This document shows, one piece after another, positions 52,476-64,000 of a stretch of DNA of 64,000 bases. This DNA is from the human T2T-CHM13v2.0 reference genome, Homo sapiens. Where the stretch lies: the NCBI RefSeq assembly GCF_009914755.1, contig NC_060926.1. The stretch is one strand, 5' to 3'. Positions within the stretch are counted from its first letter, which is position 1, and the number at the start of each line of letters is the position of its first letter. The notes beneath the pieces were generated by a model. It was not told where the DNA came from, ran no database searches, and saw only the letters and a list, made by a program, of their open reading frames with translations. Both the position numbers and the translations under genes were made by a program.

Positions 52476-55400
52476 GCCCCCCCAAAATTGGGAGTGCTAT
52501 ACTTATTGTATTATATTTTGTCTTCTGTCTATTGTCCATTCCTATGTTTTGCCATTTTCTTTTCTTTTTTTCTTATTGTAGCTCAACTATTTTGCTTAAT
52601 AACCTTTTGTTACACATATTACAAATATTATTTACAGTGTAATGTTTGACTTTTCACTTTATGACTGTCATTGGAATACAAATAATTTAAATTTCAATGC
52701 AGTCAAATGTATTGATTATTTTACTTTGGCTTTCTGGGTCCTTTTAAAAGAAAGAAGATTATGAAAAAAATTGATGATTGGTTGAAAATTAGATATATTA
52801 GCAGTCTAGAAAACATTAGAAACACAAAGTAACAAAATAGGAAGAATGAAAGCAAACACACTCATATCATCAAGGTAATGAACTAACATTGATGAATCAC
52901 CAACGTGCTCTACGGCTTTTAGGTATGTTAAGTTAATTTCACTGACAGTTGATTATCTGACACTTTCAGAAAAGACAGAAAATCTAAAAGGATGATGTGA
53001 AAAAGCAGACTGTAACAGTGAGTTTAGGAGCTGGGTGCATGTCTTTGCAGGTGGATGGGGAGGGGTGTGGTCTAAAAGCCACAGTTGCTATCTCCATGGG
53101 GCCTGGGGCAGTTGTGAATTGTGAGTGCAGGCTACCTGGAACTTAGCTCACTGCTACTAGTGGAACACTGCCGAAGTGGATCTGACTCACCAAGTGTGTG
53201 GGATCTGTGTGGGTCTTACTGGTGCCTGCTACTTCCCACTCCTTGCTTGAACTCTTCTGCGTAGCAAAGGCAGCAACACTCCCTTCTGGAATATCAACCC
53301 AGTGGCCTGAGAACTGCACCAATCTCCTGACACCTACAGGGGCTGCTGCTTGCCCTGCACACAGAGAATCAGAGCACAAACCCACATGACACAGCTCCCA
53401 TGTAGCTTCGCCCCACCACCAGCCCTGATGGCTTAACATGACAGACAGAAACTTCTGGGAGCTATATGACCTCACCCATTGCCTGAGAAAACAGATAACC
53501 CATTGGGCAACAAAAGGCAAGCAAACTTCCCACTGCTATTACTGCAGCCGCTGCTGTTTTGCAAGTACCACCTCCTGGCTGGGGGCCAACAAACACAGTC
53601 CATTATAGCATCTCCTGGTAGAATAACACTGCATCCAGAAAGGAGAAAACGGCTGCACAATTTTGGCTATCATCACAGCCTTCACCACTCTGGCTAACTA
53701 GGAGGTCCTGAGCCTGTCCAAGTCACCATTTCGTTACTACTCCAACTGACATTTGAGAAAGTCAACATACTAAGGCTATCAAAAACCAAAGAATCCCATA
53801 GAATCTATGTCATTCCCCTGCCACCCCATTAAAGTTGGTGCTGAAACCCATTGCTAGGAGACTTGAGGACAGGTCACATCATTGGATTCACTGTAGACTT
53901 TCTCCAGTACCAATCTAAAGTGTGGCAACCTCACTGGGAGGCTAGGCCCAGAGAAGCAACAACATTTACAGTAGTCTGGCTCCAGGGTCTCCTACTCCTA
54001 GGGGAAAGGGGACTGCACCACATCAAAAGAACACCTCATGGGGACAAAAGAATCCAGACAGTAGATCTTCAGCACCAGATCTTTACACTGGTGGGAATTT
54101 TCAGCAGAGTCACAGTTGCAGTGATGGGCTTAGCAGGGAAAGTCTGCAACTCTAACTCAACAGTCAGATAGGCCTGGTGTTCATGTGTGAACGGTCTTGG
54201 AGACCCTTCTCCCTACATTGTCCACCACAACAGGCACAGCTGAGACTTCTCCCATGGGAGCTTGGTGTGGGTGCAACTATACATGGTCTTTCTGGAACAC
54301 ATCAGGGTGACAACATCCTCACAGGAGGAACATTCTCCAAGTTCAGGCTTGCATGAGAGACAGAGTCACAATTCCTCTCTACTTGGAACATCAATATTTC
54401 TACAGTTGTAAAAAGGTGCCTGTTTAATCTGAATAGCTGAACAATGGGACAGGAGTGTGACTGAGAGGTGCATCACTTTCCCACTGACCTGGCAGGAAAG
54501 CTGACTAAAGTGGCTCCAAACATTCCCCCTGATAAGACCTCAGTGTGACTCATCAAGAGCTCCTCCAGTCACCTGTTTCAAGGCTTTGACTTCCGTGCAT
54601 CCTTGGGTATTGAACTTACCCCGCCTGTTTTAGCCAAAACCAGTTTCTACTCAGGGATACTTCAACTACTGGCCTGAAGCCTGAGCCATCAAACTAGTAA
54701 ATAAAATACTAGGGAAAAATAAATAAATTAAAAAGTCCATGCCATAGGGGGAATGAGATAAGCTTCAAGACCTCTACCATTCCAACCCTATAGGAGACAG
54801 TAAATTTGCTCACACACCAAGCATATTTTTACTACAATCACATGTGAGAAAGCCATCGTACAAAGACTCTCTATAATCAAGGAACTTTTACAGAGTCTTC
54901 TCCCCTGAAAGCACCAATAACCAAATTAGGCCATAATTAACTATAAGCATTAAAGTCACATCCTTAAGAGAAAAAAAAGCAAACAGAAAAACAAAGAAAA
55001 AAACACATGCAGTCAAATCAAACATAAATTCAAGAATAATTAGAAGACATAGTCTTCCAAAATAAGAAGGAACCAGAAAAGCAACTCTGGTAATATGACA
55101 ATACAAGGTTTTATCACATGTCCAAAGGATCACACCAGCTCCCCAGCAATGAATCCAAACCATGATGAAATCTTTGAAATACCAAATAAGGAATTCAGAA
55201 TGGTGATTATTAAGCTATCAGGAGATATCAGGAGATACCAAGGAGATATCAGAGGAAGGTAAAAACCATCATAAAGAAATTTTAAAAGCAGTTCCGGATA
55301 TGAAAAAAAAAATTCTAGAGAGACAGAGATCATCAAGAAAAACCAATGAGAACTTCTGGAAATAAAAGTCATACTTAGGGAATTTTAGAATGTACTGGAA

Positions 55401-56119
55401 AGTTTTAACAATTGACTAGAACAAGTAGAAGAAAGAATTTCAGAGCTCAAAGATAAGGCTTTTGAAATAATCCAATCAGACAAAAATTTAAAAAAATCTA
55501 GAGAAATGAACAAAGTTTCCAAGAAATATGAGATTATGTAAAATGGTCAAGCCTACAAAAAGTTAGTGTTCCTAAGCGAGAAGAGAAAACAATGTCTGGA
55601 AAATGTACTTGAAGAAATAATTAAGAAAAACATCCTGGCCTGGCTAGAGATGTAGATATTCAAGCAAGAAGCTCAAAGGATTCCTGAAAAACTCATTGCA
55701 AAAAGACTTTCAGCAAGGCATATGGTCATCAGGCTATCTAAAATCACCATAAAGGAAAGAAATCTCTAAGAGCACTAACACAAAGCGTCAGGTAACCTAT
55801 AAAGCAAAATCTTTCAGATTAAAAGCAGACTTCTCAGCAGAAACTTTACAAGCCAGAAGCAACTGGGCTCCTATCTTCGGCCTTCTTAAGCAGAACCACT
55901 TTCAGGCAAGAATTTTGTATATGGCAAAACTAAGTTTCATAAATGAAGAAGAAATAAAGCCATTTTCAGACAAACAAATGCTGAGGAAACTCTCATAGTG
56001 CTACCAAAACAGCACTACTAGAAATGCCAAACGGAGTTGTAAACCTTGAAACAAAAGTATAATAGGCACCAAAATAGAGCCTCTTGAAAGCTTAAAACTC
56101 ACAGGGCCTATAAAACAAT

Positions 56120-56154
<35 letters not shown>

Positions 56155-56174
56155 AACTAGGTAACAATTAACAT

Positions 56175-59100
56175 GATGAATGGAAAAATAACTGACATTT
56201 CAAGGTTCACATTAAATATAAATGACCTAAATGCTCCACTTAAAAGATACAGAATGGTAGAACTGATCAAAAATCAAAAACCAATTATCTGCTATCTTTA
56301 AGAGATTCACTTAATATGGAAGAATTCATATAAACTCTAGGCAAAGGAATGGAAAATGATACTCCATGCAAATGGAAACCAAAAGAGCGCAGGAGTAGCT
56401 ACTCTTATATCGGACAAAACAGACTTCAAAGCAGCAACAATAAAAAAGAACAAAGAAGGTCATTATATAATAAAAGTATCAATTCAACAAGGCAATACTA
56501 CAATCTTAAATTTATATACACCTAACACTACAGCTCTCAGATTCATAAAACAATTACTACTAGACCCAAGAAATAAGATATATAGCAACACAATAATAGT
56601 GGGACATTTCAATATAACACTGATAGCACTAAACAGATCATCAAAGCAGAAAGTCAAAAAAGAAACAACAGACTTTAATGGCATTCTAGAACAAATGGAC
56701 TTAACAGATATTTACAGAACAGTCTTCCCAAGAACTGCAGAATATACATTCTTGACATTAGCATGTTAAAGTCTCCAAGAGGGACATATGATAGGCAAAA
56801 AATAGGTCTCAATAAATTTTTAAATATCAAAATTGTATCAAGTATCATATCAAACCACAATGGATTAAAACTAGGAATCTACTTCAAAAGGATCCCTCAA
56901 AACTACACAAATACATGCAAATTAAATAATCTGCTCCTGAATTATTTTTGTGTTAACAATGATATCAAGATGGAAATTCTCTGAAATGAATAATAATAAT
57001 GACAGAAGTTATCAAAACCTCTGGGAGACAGCAAAATCAGTGCCAAGAGGAAAGTTTATAGTGCTAAATGTCTGCATCAAAAAGTCTGAAAAAGCAAAAA
57101 TTGGTAACCTAATATCTCACTTTGAGGAACTAGAGAAATAAGAACAAACTAAACCCAAAGCTTGCAGAAGAAAAGAAATAACAAAGATCAGAAAGCTAAA
57201 TGAAATTCAAACAAAAAAGATACAAAAGATCAATGAAACAAGAAGCTTCTCTTTGAAAAAATAAACAAAATAGATAGACCATTAGATAGATTAACCAAGA
57301 AAAGAAGAGAGAAGATTCATATAAGCTCAATTACAAATGAAACTGGAGAGATTTCAACTGACAATACAGAAATGTAAAGATCATTCAAGACTACTATGAA
57401 CACCATTATGCATGCAAACTAGAAAACCTACAGGAAACTGATAAATTCCTGGGACTGTACAATGATGCTAGATTAAATCAGGAAGAAATAGAAACCCTGA
57501 ACACACCAATAACAAATAGCAAGATTGAATCAGTAATTTAAAAATTGCCAAAAACAACAAAAAAGCCTAGGAGCAGATGAATTCACAGCTGAATTCTACC
57601 AGACATTCAAAGAATTGCTATCAATCCTATTGCAACTATTCCAAAAGATTAAGAAAAAGGGAATCTTCCCTAAATCATTCTATGAACCAAGTATCACACT
57701 GATACCAAAGCCCAGAAAGGACACAACAACAACAACAACAACAAAACTGCAGGCCAATATCCCTGATGAACATAGATGCAAATATCTGCAACAAAATACA
57801 AGCTAACAGAATTCAACAGCACATCAAAAAGGTAATACATCACTATCAGGTGGGTTTCATCTCAGGGATTCAGGGATAATTTAGTATACACAACTCAATA
57901 AATGTGATACATTCCATAAACAGAATTAAAAATAAAAATGATATAATCATCTCAAAAGATGCAGAAAATGAATTTGACAAAATCCAACATCCTTTACGAT
58001 AAAAACCCTCAACAAACGAGGCATAGAGAGGACTTATCTCAAAATAATAAAAGCCATTTATGACAAACCCACAGACAACATCATATTGAATAGAAAAAAG
58101 TTGAAAGCATTTTCCCTGAGAACAGGAACAAGACAAGGATGTCCTCTTTCACCACTGCTAGTCAATATATTTGTGGATATCCTAGCCAGAAAAAATTAGG
58201 CAAGATAAGGAAAAATTATGCAAGAGAAGGCATCCAAATTGGAAAAGAGGAAGTCAAACTATTGCTATTTGCAAATGATATGATCATATACCTAGAAAAT
58301 CTTAAAGATTGCTCCAAATAACTACTAGATTTGATAAACACACTCAGTAAAGTTTCAAGACACAAAATTGATGTACACAAATCAGTACCAATGCTGTATA
58401 CCAATGATGGCAAAGCTGAGAAGCGAATGAAAAACATAATCCCTTTCACAACAGATCCAAAAAATAAAATAAAATACCTAGGAATATACATAACCAAGGA
58501 GGTAAATGATCTCTACAAGGAGAACTACAAAATATTTCTGAAAGAAATAATAGATAACAGAAACAAATGGAAATACAACCCATGCTCATGGATAGGAAAA
58601 AACAATATTGTGAAAATGGCTATACTGCCCAAACACATCTATAGATTCAATGCAATTCTCATCAAAACACCATATCACTTTTCACAGAGTTAGAAAAAAA
58701 AATCCTAAAATTTATATGAAACCAAAAAGAGCCTAAACAGCTAAAGCAATCATAAGCAAAAAGAACAAATCAGGAGGTATCACATTACCAGACTTCAAAT
58801 TATACTACAAGGCTATAGTTGCCAAAACAGCAGGTACCAGTATAAAAATAGGCATATAGACCAATGGAACAGAATAGAGAACCCAGAAAAAAGCCAAATA
58901 TACTTGCAGCTAACTGATTTTCAACAAAGCACACAAAAACTTAAATTGGGGAATGGACACCCTGTGTAATAAATGGTTCTGGGAAAGCTGGCAAGCTACA
59001 AGTAGAAGATCCTCATATCTCATCTTATACAAAAATAGGCTCAACATGGATCAAAAACTTAAATATAAAGACCCAAAAGCATGAAAATTCTAGAAGTCTG

Positions 59101-62100
59101 TATTACTCTGTTTTCATGCTGCTGATAAAAACATACCCGAGACTTTTACAAAAGAAAGAGGTTTAGTGGACTTACAGTTCCACATGGCTGGGGAGGCCTC
59201 ACAAACATAGCAGAAGGCAAGGAGGAGCAAATCACGTCTTACGTGAATGGCAGCAGGCAAAGGGAGAGCTTGTGCAGGAATATTCCCATTTTTAAAACCA
59301 TCAGATCTCGTGAGACTCATTCACTACCACGAGAACAGCGTGGGAAAGACCCATCCCCATAATTCAATCACCTCCCACCAGGTTCCTCCCACGATATGTG
59401 GGAATTGTAGGAGTTACAATTCAAGATGAGATTTGGGTGGGGACACAGCCAAACGATATAATTCTGTCACTGGTCCCTCCCAAATCTCATGTCCACACAT
59501 TTGAAAACCAATCATGCCTTCCCAACAGTCCCCCAAAGTCTTAACTCTTTTCAGCATTAACTCAAAAGTCCACAGTCCAAAGTTTCATCTGAGACAAGGC
59601 AAGTTCCTTCCACCTATGAGCCTGTAAAATCAAAAGAAAGTTAGTTACTTCCTAGATCCAATGGGGATACAAGCATTGCATAAATATAGCCATTCTAAAT
59701 GGGAGACATTACCCAAAATAAAGGGGCTATAGGCTCCATGAAAGTCTGAAATCCAGGAGGACAGTCAAACCTTAAAGCTCCAAAATGATCTCTTTTGACC
59801 CCATGTCTCACTTCCATGTCATGTTGATGCAAGAGGTACGTTCCTATGGTCTTGGGCAGCTTCACCCTGGTGGCTCTGCAAGGTTCAGACTCTCACCTGG
59901 CTGCTTTCATGGGCTGGTGTTGTTTCTGTAGCTTTTCCAGGCACATAGTGCAAGCTGTCAGTGGATCTGCCATTCTGGGATCTGGAAGACGGTGATCCTC
60001 TTCTCACAGCTCCACTAGGTGGTGCCCCAGTAGGGACTCTGTATGGGGGCTCTGACTCCACATTTCCCTTCTGCACTGCCCTAGCAGAGGTTCTCCATGA
60101 CAGCTCCACTCCTGCAGCAAACTTCTGCATGGACATCCAGGCATTTCCATACATCCTCTGAAATCTAGGCAGAGGTTACCAAACCTCAGTTCTTCACTTC
60201 TGTGCACCAACAGGCTTAACATCACATGGAAGGATTGGGGCTTGCACCCTCTAAAGCCATGGCCTGAGCTGTACCTTGGCCCCTTTTAGTCAAGCTGGAA
60301 TGGCTGGAACACAGGCCACCAAGTCCCTAGACTTCACACAGCATGAGGACCCTGGACCTGGCCCATGAAACAATATTTTCCTCCTAGGCCTCTGGGCCTG
60401 TGATGGTAGGAGCTGCTGTGAAGACCTCTGATATGTCTTGGAGACATTTTTACTATTGTCTTGGGGATTAACATTTGGCTTCTCGTTATTTAGGCAAATT
60501 TCTGCAGCTGGCTTGAATTTCTCTGAGAGAATGGGATTTTTTTTTTTCTATCACATTGTCAGGCTGCAAATTTTCCAAATTTTCATGCTCTGCTTCCCTT
60601 ATAAAACTGAGTGCCTTTGACAGCACCCAAGTCACATATTGAATGCTTTGCTACTTAGAAATTTCTTCTGCTGGATACCCTAAATAATCTCTCTCAAGTT
60701 CAAGGCTTCCACAGATCTCTAGGGCAGAGGCAAAATACCACCAGTCTCTTTGTTAAAACATAACAAGAGTCACCTTTTCTGCAGTTCCCAACAAGTTCCT
60801 CATCTCCATCTGAGACCACCTCAGCCTGGACCTTATTTTTCATATAACTGCTGGTATTTTTGTCAAAGCCACTCAACAAGTCTCTAAGGAGTTCCAAACT
60901 TTCCCACATTTTCCTGTCTTTTCTGAGTCCTCCAACCTGTTCCAACCTCCACCTACTACCCAGTTCCAATGTTGCTTCCACATTTTGGGAAACTTTTCAG
61001 CAGCCCCCATTCTACTGATACCAATTTACTGTATTAGTCTGTCCTCACACTGCTGATAAAGACATACCTGAGACTGGGCAATTTACAAAAGAATGAGGGT
61101 TATTGGACTTACAGTTCCACATGGTGGGGGAGGCCTCACAATCATATCAGAAGGCAAGGAAGAGCAAGTCATGTCTTATGTTGATGGCAGCAGGCAAAGA
61201 GAGAGCTTGTGCAAGGAAACTCATTTTTAAGACCATCAGATCTCATGAGACTCACTCATTATCATGAGAACAGTGCAGGAAAGATGCACCCCCATAATTC
61301 AAGCACCTCCCACTGGGTTCCTCCCAAGACCTGTGGGAATTTAGGGAGTTACAATTCAAGATGAGATTTGGGTGGGGACACAGCAAAACCATATCAAAGA
61401 CAATGTTGAAAAAACTCTTCTAGATATCAGCCTAGGCAAATAATTTGTGACTAAGATCCCAATAGCAAATGTGGCAAAAAGAACTGTAAATAAATGTGAC
61501 CTAATTAAACTAAAAAGCTTCTGCACAGCAAAAGAAATAATAATCAGAGTAAACAGAAAACACAGAGAATGATATAAAATATTTGCAAACTACACATCTG
61601 ACTAAGGACTAGTATCCATAATATATAAGAAACTCAAACAAATCAGCAAGGAAAAAAAACAAATAACCCTGTCAAAAAGTGGGCAAAGTACATGAATAGA
61701 CATTTCTCAAAGGAAGATATGCAAATGACCAAAAACCATATGAAGAAATGCTCATCGCCACTAATCATCAGGGAAATGCAAATGAAAACTACAATGAGAT
61801 ACCATCTTACTCCTGCAAGAATGGCCATTATTAAAAAGTAAACAAACAAACAAATAATAAATACTGGCATGGATATGGGGCAAAGGGGATGCTTATACAC
61901 TGATAGTGGGAATGTAAATTATTACAAACATCATGGAAAACAGTATGGAGATTCCTTAAAGAGCTAAAAGTAGATCTATCATTTTATTCAGTAATCCCAT
62001 TGCTGGGTATTGACCCAAAGGAAAAGAAGTCATTAATGAAAGAGATGCTCGCACATACATGTTTATAGCGGCACAATTCACAATTGCAAAGATATTGAAC

Positions 62101-62200
62101 TAACCTAAGTTCCCATTAACTAATAAGTGGATAAGAAAAAATGTGGTATATATACACCATGGAATACTACTCAGCCATAAAAACGTAGTGAAATAATGTC
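56175..62200 (+). pseudogene. Disrupted L1 ORF2 (endonuclease and reverse transcriptase)
   Basis: Several frameshifted ORF pieces (56356, 56763, 56950, 57615, 58139, 58331) resemble ORF2p; many stops and a THE1 insertion. Confidence 0.85.
59099..61396 (-). mobile_element. Complete THE1 (THE1C-like) MaLR element: LTR 59099-59461, internal 59462-61029, LTR 61030-61396
   Basis: Two direct ~365-bp LTRs (TGTATT..ATATCA) around a ~1.57-kb THE1-int; TSD AAGTC (59094-59098) / AAGAC (61397-61401). Confidence 0.95.
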
Positions 62201-62574
62201 TTCTGCAGCAACTTGGATGGAGCTGAAGGCCATTATTCTAAGCAAAGTAACTCAGGAGGGAAAAACCAAAAAACATATGTTCTTACTTATAACTGGGAGC
62301 TAAGCTATGAGTATGAAAATGCATATAGAGTGATACGAGACTTTAGAGAATTAGAATGGGAAGCGTGGGAAGGGGACTAGGGATTAAAAAAAAAACTGTA
62401 TATTAGGTACAATGTTCACTATTTGGGTGATGGGTACACTAAAATGTCAGAATTTACCACTATATAATACATCCATGTAACAACAACAAAAAAAAACCAC
62501 TTGTACACTAAAAGTTCTTGAAATAATTTTTTTTAAAAAAGAAAAGATTATGATATGGGACAACATGTTTATAA

Positions 62575-64000
62575 TATTGTGGAATGGTTTCATCTATAAA
62601 ATGCTAACATCTGACAGATGGTTCAGGATTTGTTGCTTCCTAGGTTTTTACTAACATTTAAGGTTACTAAGAATAATAATTCTAGTTAATATATAATTCT
62701 GTATGTTATGTTCTTAATGACAAAAAATGTCTACTTTGGTGGTTATTTAAAAGCTAATTACTAAAGAAGGTAAAAAGAAACTGGTCAGTAGAGGAGAGAG
62801 ATGTGAAAGTAGTTATGGATATAAAAATGTATTTTTTGGTAAGAACAGATAAAAAGAAAATAGAATAATTTTGTATAATAAAGGATTTCATATGGTAAAT
62901 TTGTGTCCTAATATAAAATAATAGATTGTTAAGGAAAGAGGGAAGTATAGGACAAGTCAGAAAATCCAAACATGTCATAGATGGTCTGCGTAGGTTGTGA
63001 TAAACTTCATGAAGAAAATTTATAAAAGGAATTGTGTGTGTGATTCAGTTAGCTATAATTAAAATTAAATTATTTATAAAAGCATTTCTACACATTGGTC
63101 TTCTATTTTAAAACAAGGTTTTCTTAAGGTATTGATTTGCTTTTAATGAAATTACAGCTTTTGCCTTTTAGTTCTATAACCTATTTCTTTTTAAAACTTC
63201 TCAGATTCATATCTTAGAAGTTGAACTTTTGTTGTGTCTCACTGCTGTCAGCTCTTTTTCTCTTTGGAAAAACCTGAGATGACAACTCTCTTTCAGTTCT
63301 TTGTCAGCTCCTGTAACATTTTTCTCCAGGTCTAACAGTTGTTATGGCCTAATGCTGAAATGTTTTTATCATGAAGGTAAAATAAAAAGGAGTGTTTTCC
63401 TCCAGTATAATTTCCTCCAGTATAATTGATTCTGTACTCTTGACTTTTCTTGATATGTCTAAATTTTTCAATGTAATCAGGAAACGTCTTCTGCTGTTCC
63501 TAGGAGTCAGGTATTTCCCTGACATACTTATAACTTTGAAAACAATCTTCCAGTATGTGATTAAATTCAAGCACTTTTTTTCATCAAGTCTGACTTTCAG
63601 ATTATCTAAATGGGCTTCTCATAAGAAAAAGCAGTCACACTGCAGAAGGTTTTTCTTTGCCTTTTTTGTAACTGGTTTAGAAATAACATTTTATGTTTTA
63701 CCAAGATAATTCCTACATTGTCTTATTAGGTGTTTGATTGTTTAGAAAAACTGAGCTTTAAAATAATTCAAATTTTTTTCAATCCATGTAACCTTCTGTA
63801 CTGCTTTTAAAGTCTTTTGATTATCACTTTGGTTAAATGAGTAACTATAATTTTACAACGAGCTTTTTAACATCTTTGACAAAAAATCCTAAATTAAGTC
63901 TCTGACTTATTGCTGGGGGTTATCAAAGCTACAAAAGTTAATCACCAAAAGGTTGTAGAATCTTTTTACAGCTTCCAATCATATCGTGGATTTCAGTAGC
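62575..64000 (+). mobile_element. ERV1 (MER4-group) non-coding internal sequence, runs off the window end
   Basis: AT-rich text typical of MER4-group internals (TTAAGGTTACTAAGAATAA..AAAGCAGTCACACTGCAGAAGGTTTTTC); subfamily not resolved. Confidence 0.6.

Larger units (their letters stand above)
53010..62540 (+). mobile_element. Near full-length L1PB (L1PB4-like): partial 5'UTR, dead ORF1 and ORF2, 3'UTR; interrupted by THE1
   Basis: ORF fragments translate as L1 ORF2p EN (HANGNQKSAGVATLISDKTDFK, 56356-56769) and RT region ([25 protein letters not shown]). The 3' end GAATTTACCACTATATAATACATCCATGTAAC..CCACTTGTAC is L1PB3/4-like. Confidence 0.92.

Noticed and set aside
52743-53000. Candidate left TSD for the long L1PB (AAGAAGATTATGA or AAAAGGATGATGTG versus AAAAGATTATGATATG at ~62542)
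   Set aside because: A-rich and ambiguous; the better match is separated from the L1 by MIR-like sequence
56356-58693. EN/RT-like ORFs as a functional or domesticated gene
   Set aside because: Frameshifted fragments of an ordinary dead L1 ORF2
59885-60981. ORFs in the THE1 internal region
   Set aside because: Short broken remnants of MaLR internal sequence

Overview
This is AT-rich, CpG-poor primate (human-like) genomic DNA, intergenic or deep intronic, and most of it is transposable-element relics. LINEs: L1PA3, L1PA7-17, L1PB, L1MA, L1MB and L1ME-type pieces, including a near full-length L1PB4-like element at ~53.0-62.5 kb interrupted by a complete THE1 provirus. SINEs: about a dozen Alu/FLAM copies and many MIRs. 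Also present are solo LTRs (LTR1, MER4, MST, MLT1, LTR16, LTR33), L2/L3 fragments and DNA-transposon relics (MADE1, MER63, MER5, MARNA). I find no supportable protein-coding gene, tRNA, rRNA or CRISPR array. The listed ORFs are decayed L1 ORF2 pieces, Alu/LTR read-throughs or chance ORFs. I see no convincing novel biological system. The best leads are small structural oddities: a twin-primed L1 with nested palindromes, a 70-bp local duplication, an Alu-split MADE1, a nested insertion with an age paradox, a young AluYa-lineage copy, a candidate 39-nt exon and two motif-rich unique segments. Subfamily names come from recalled consensus sequences and need RepeatMasker/Dfam confirmation. Boundaries without a TSD (target-site duplication) are approximate.
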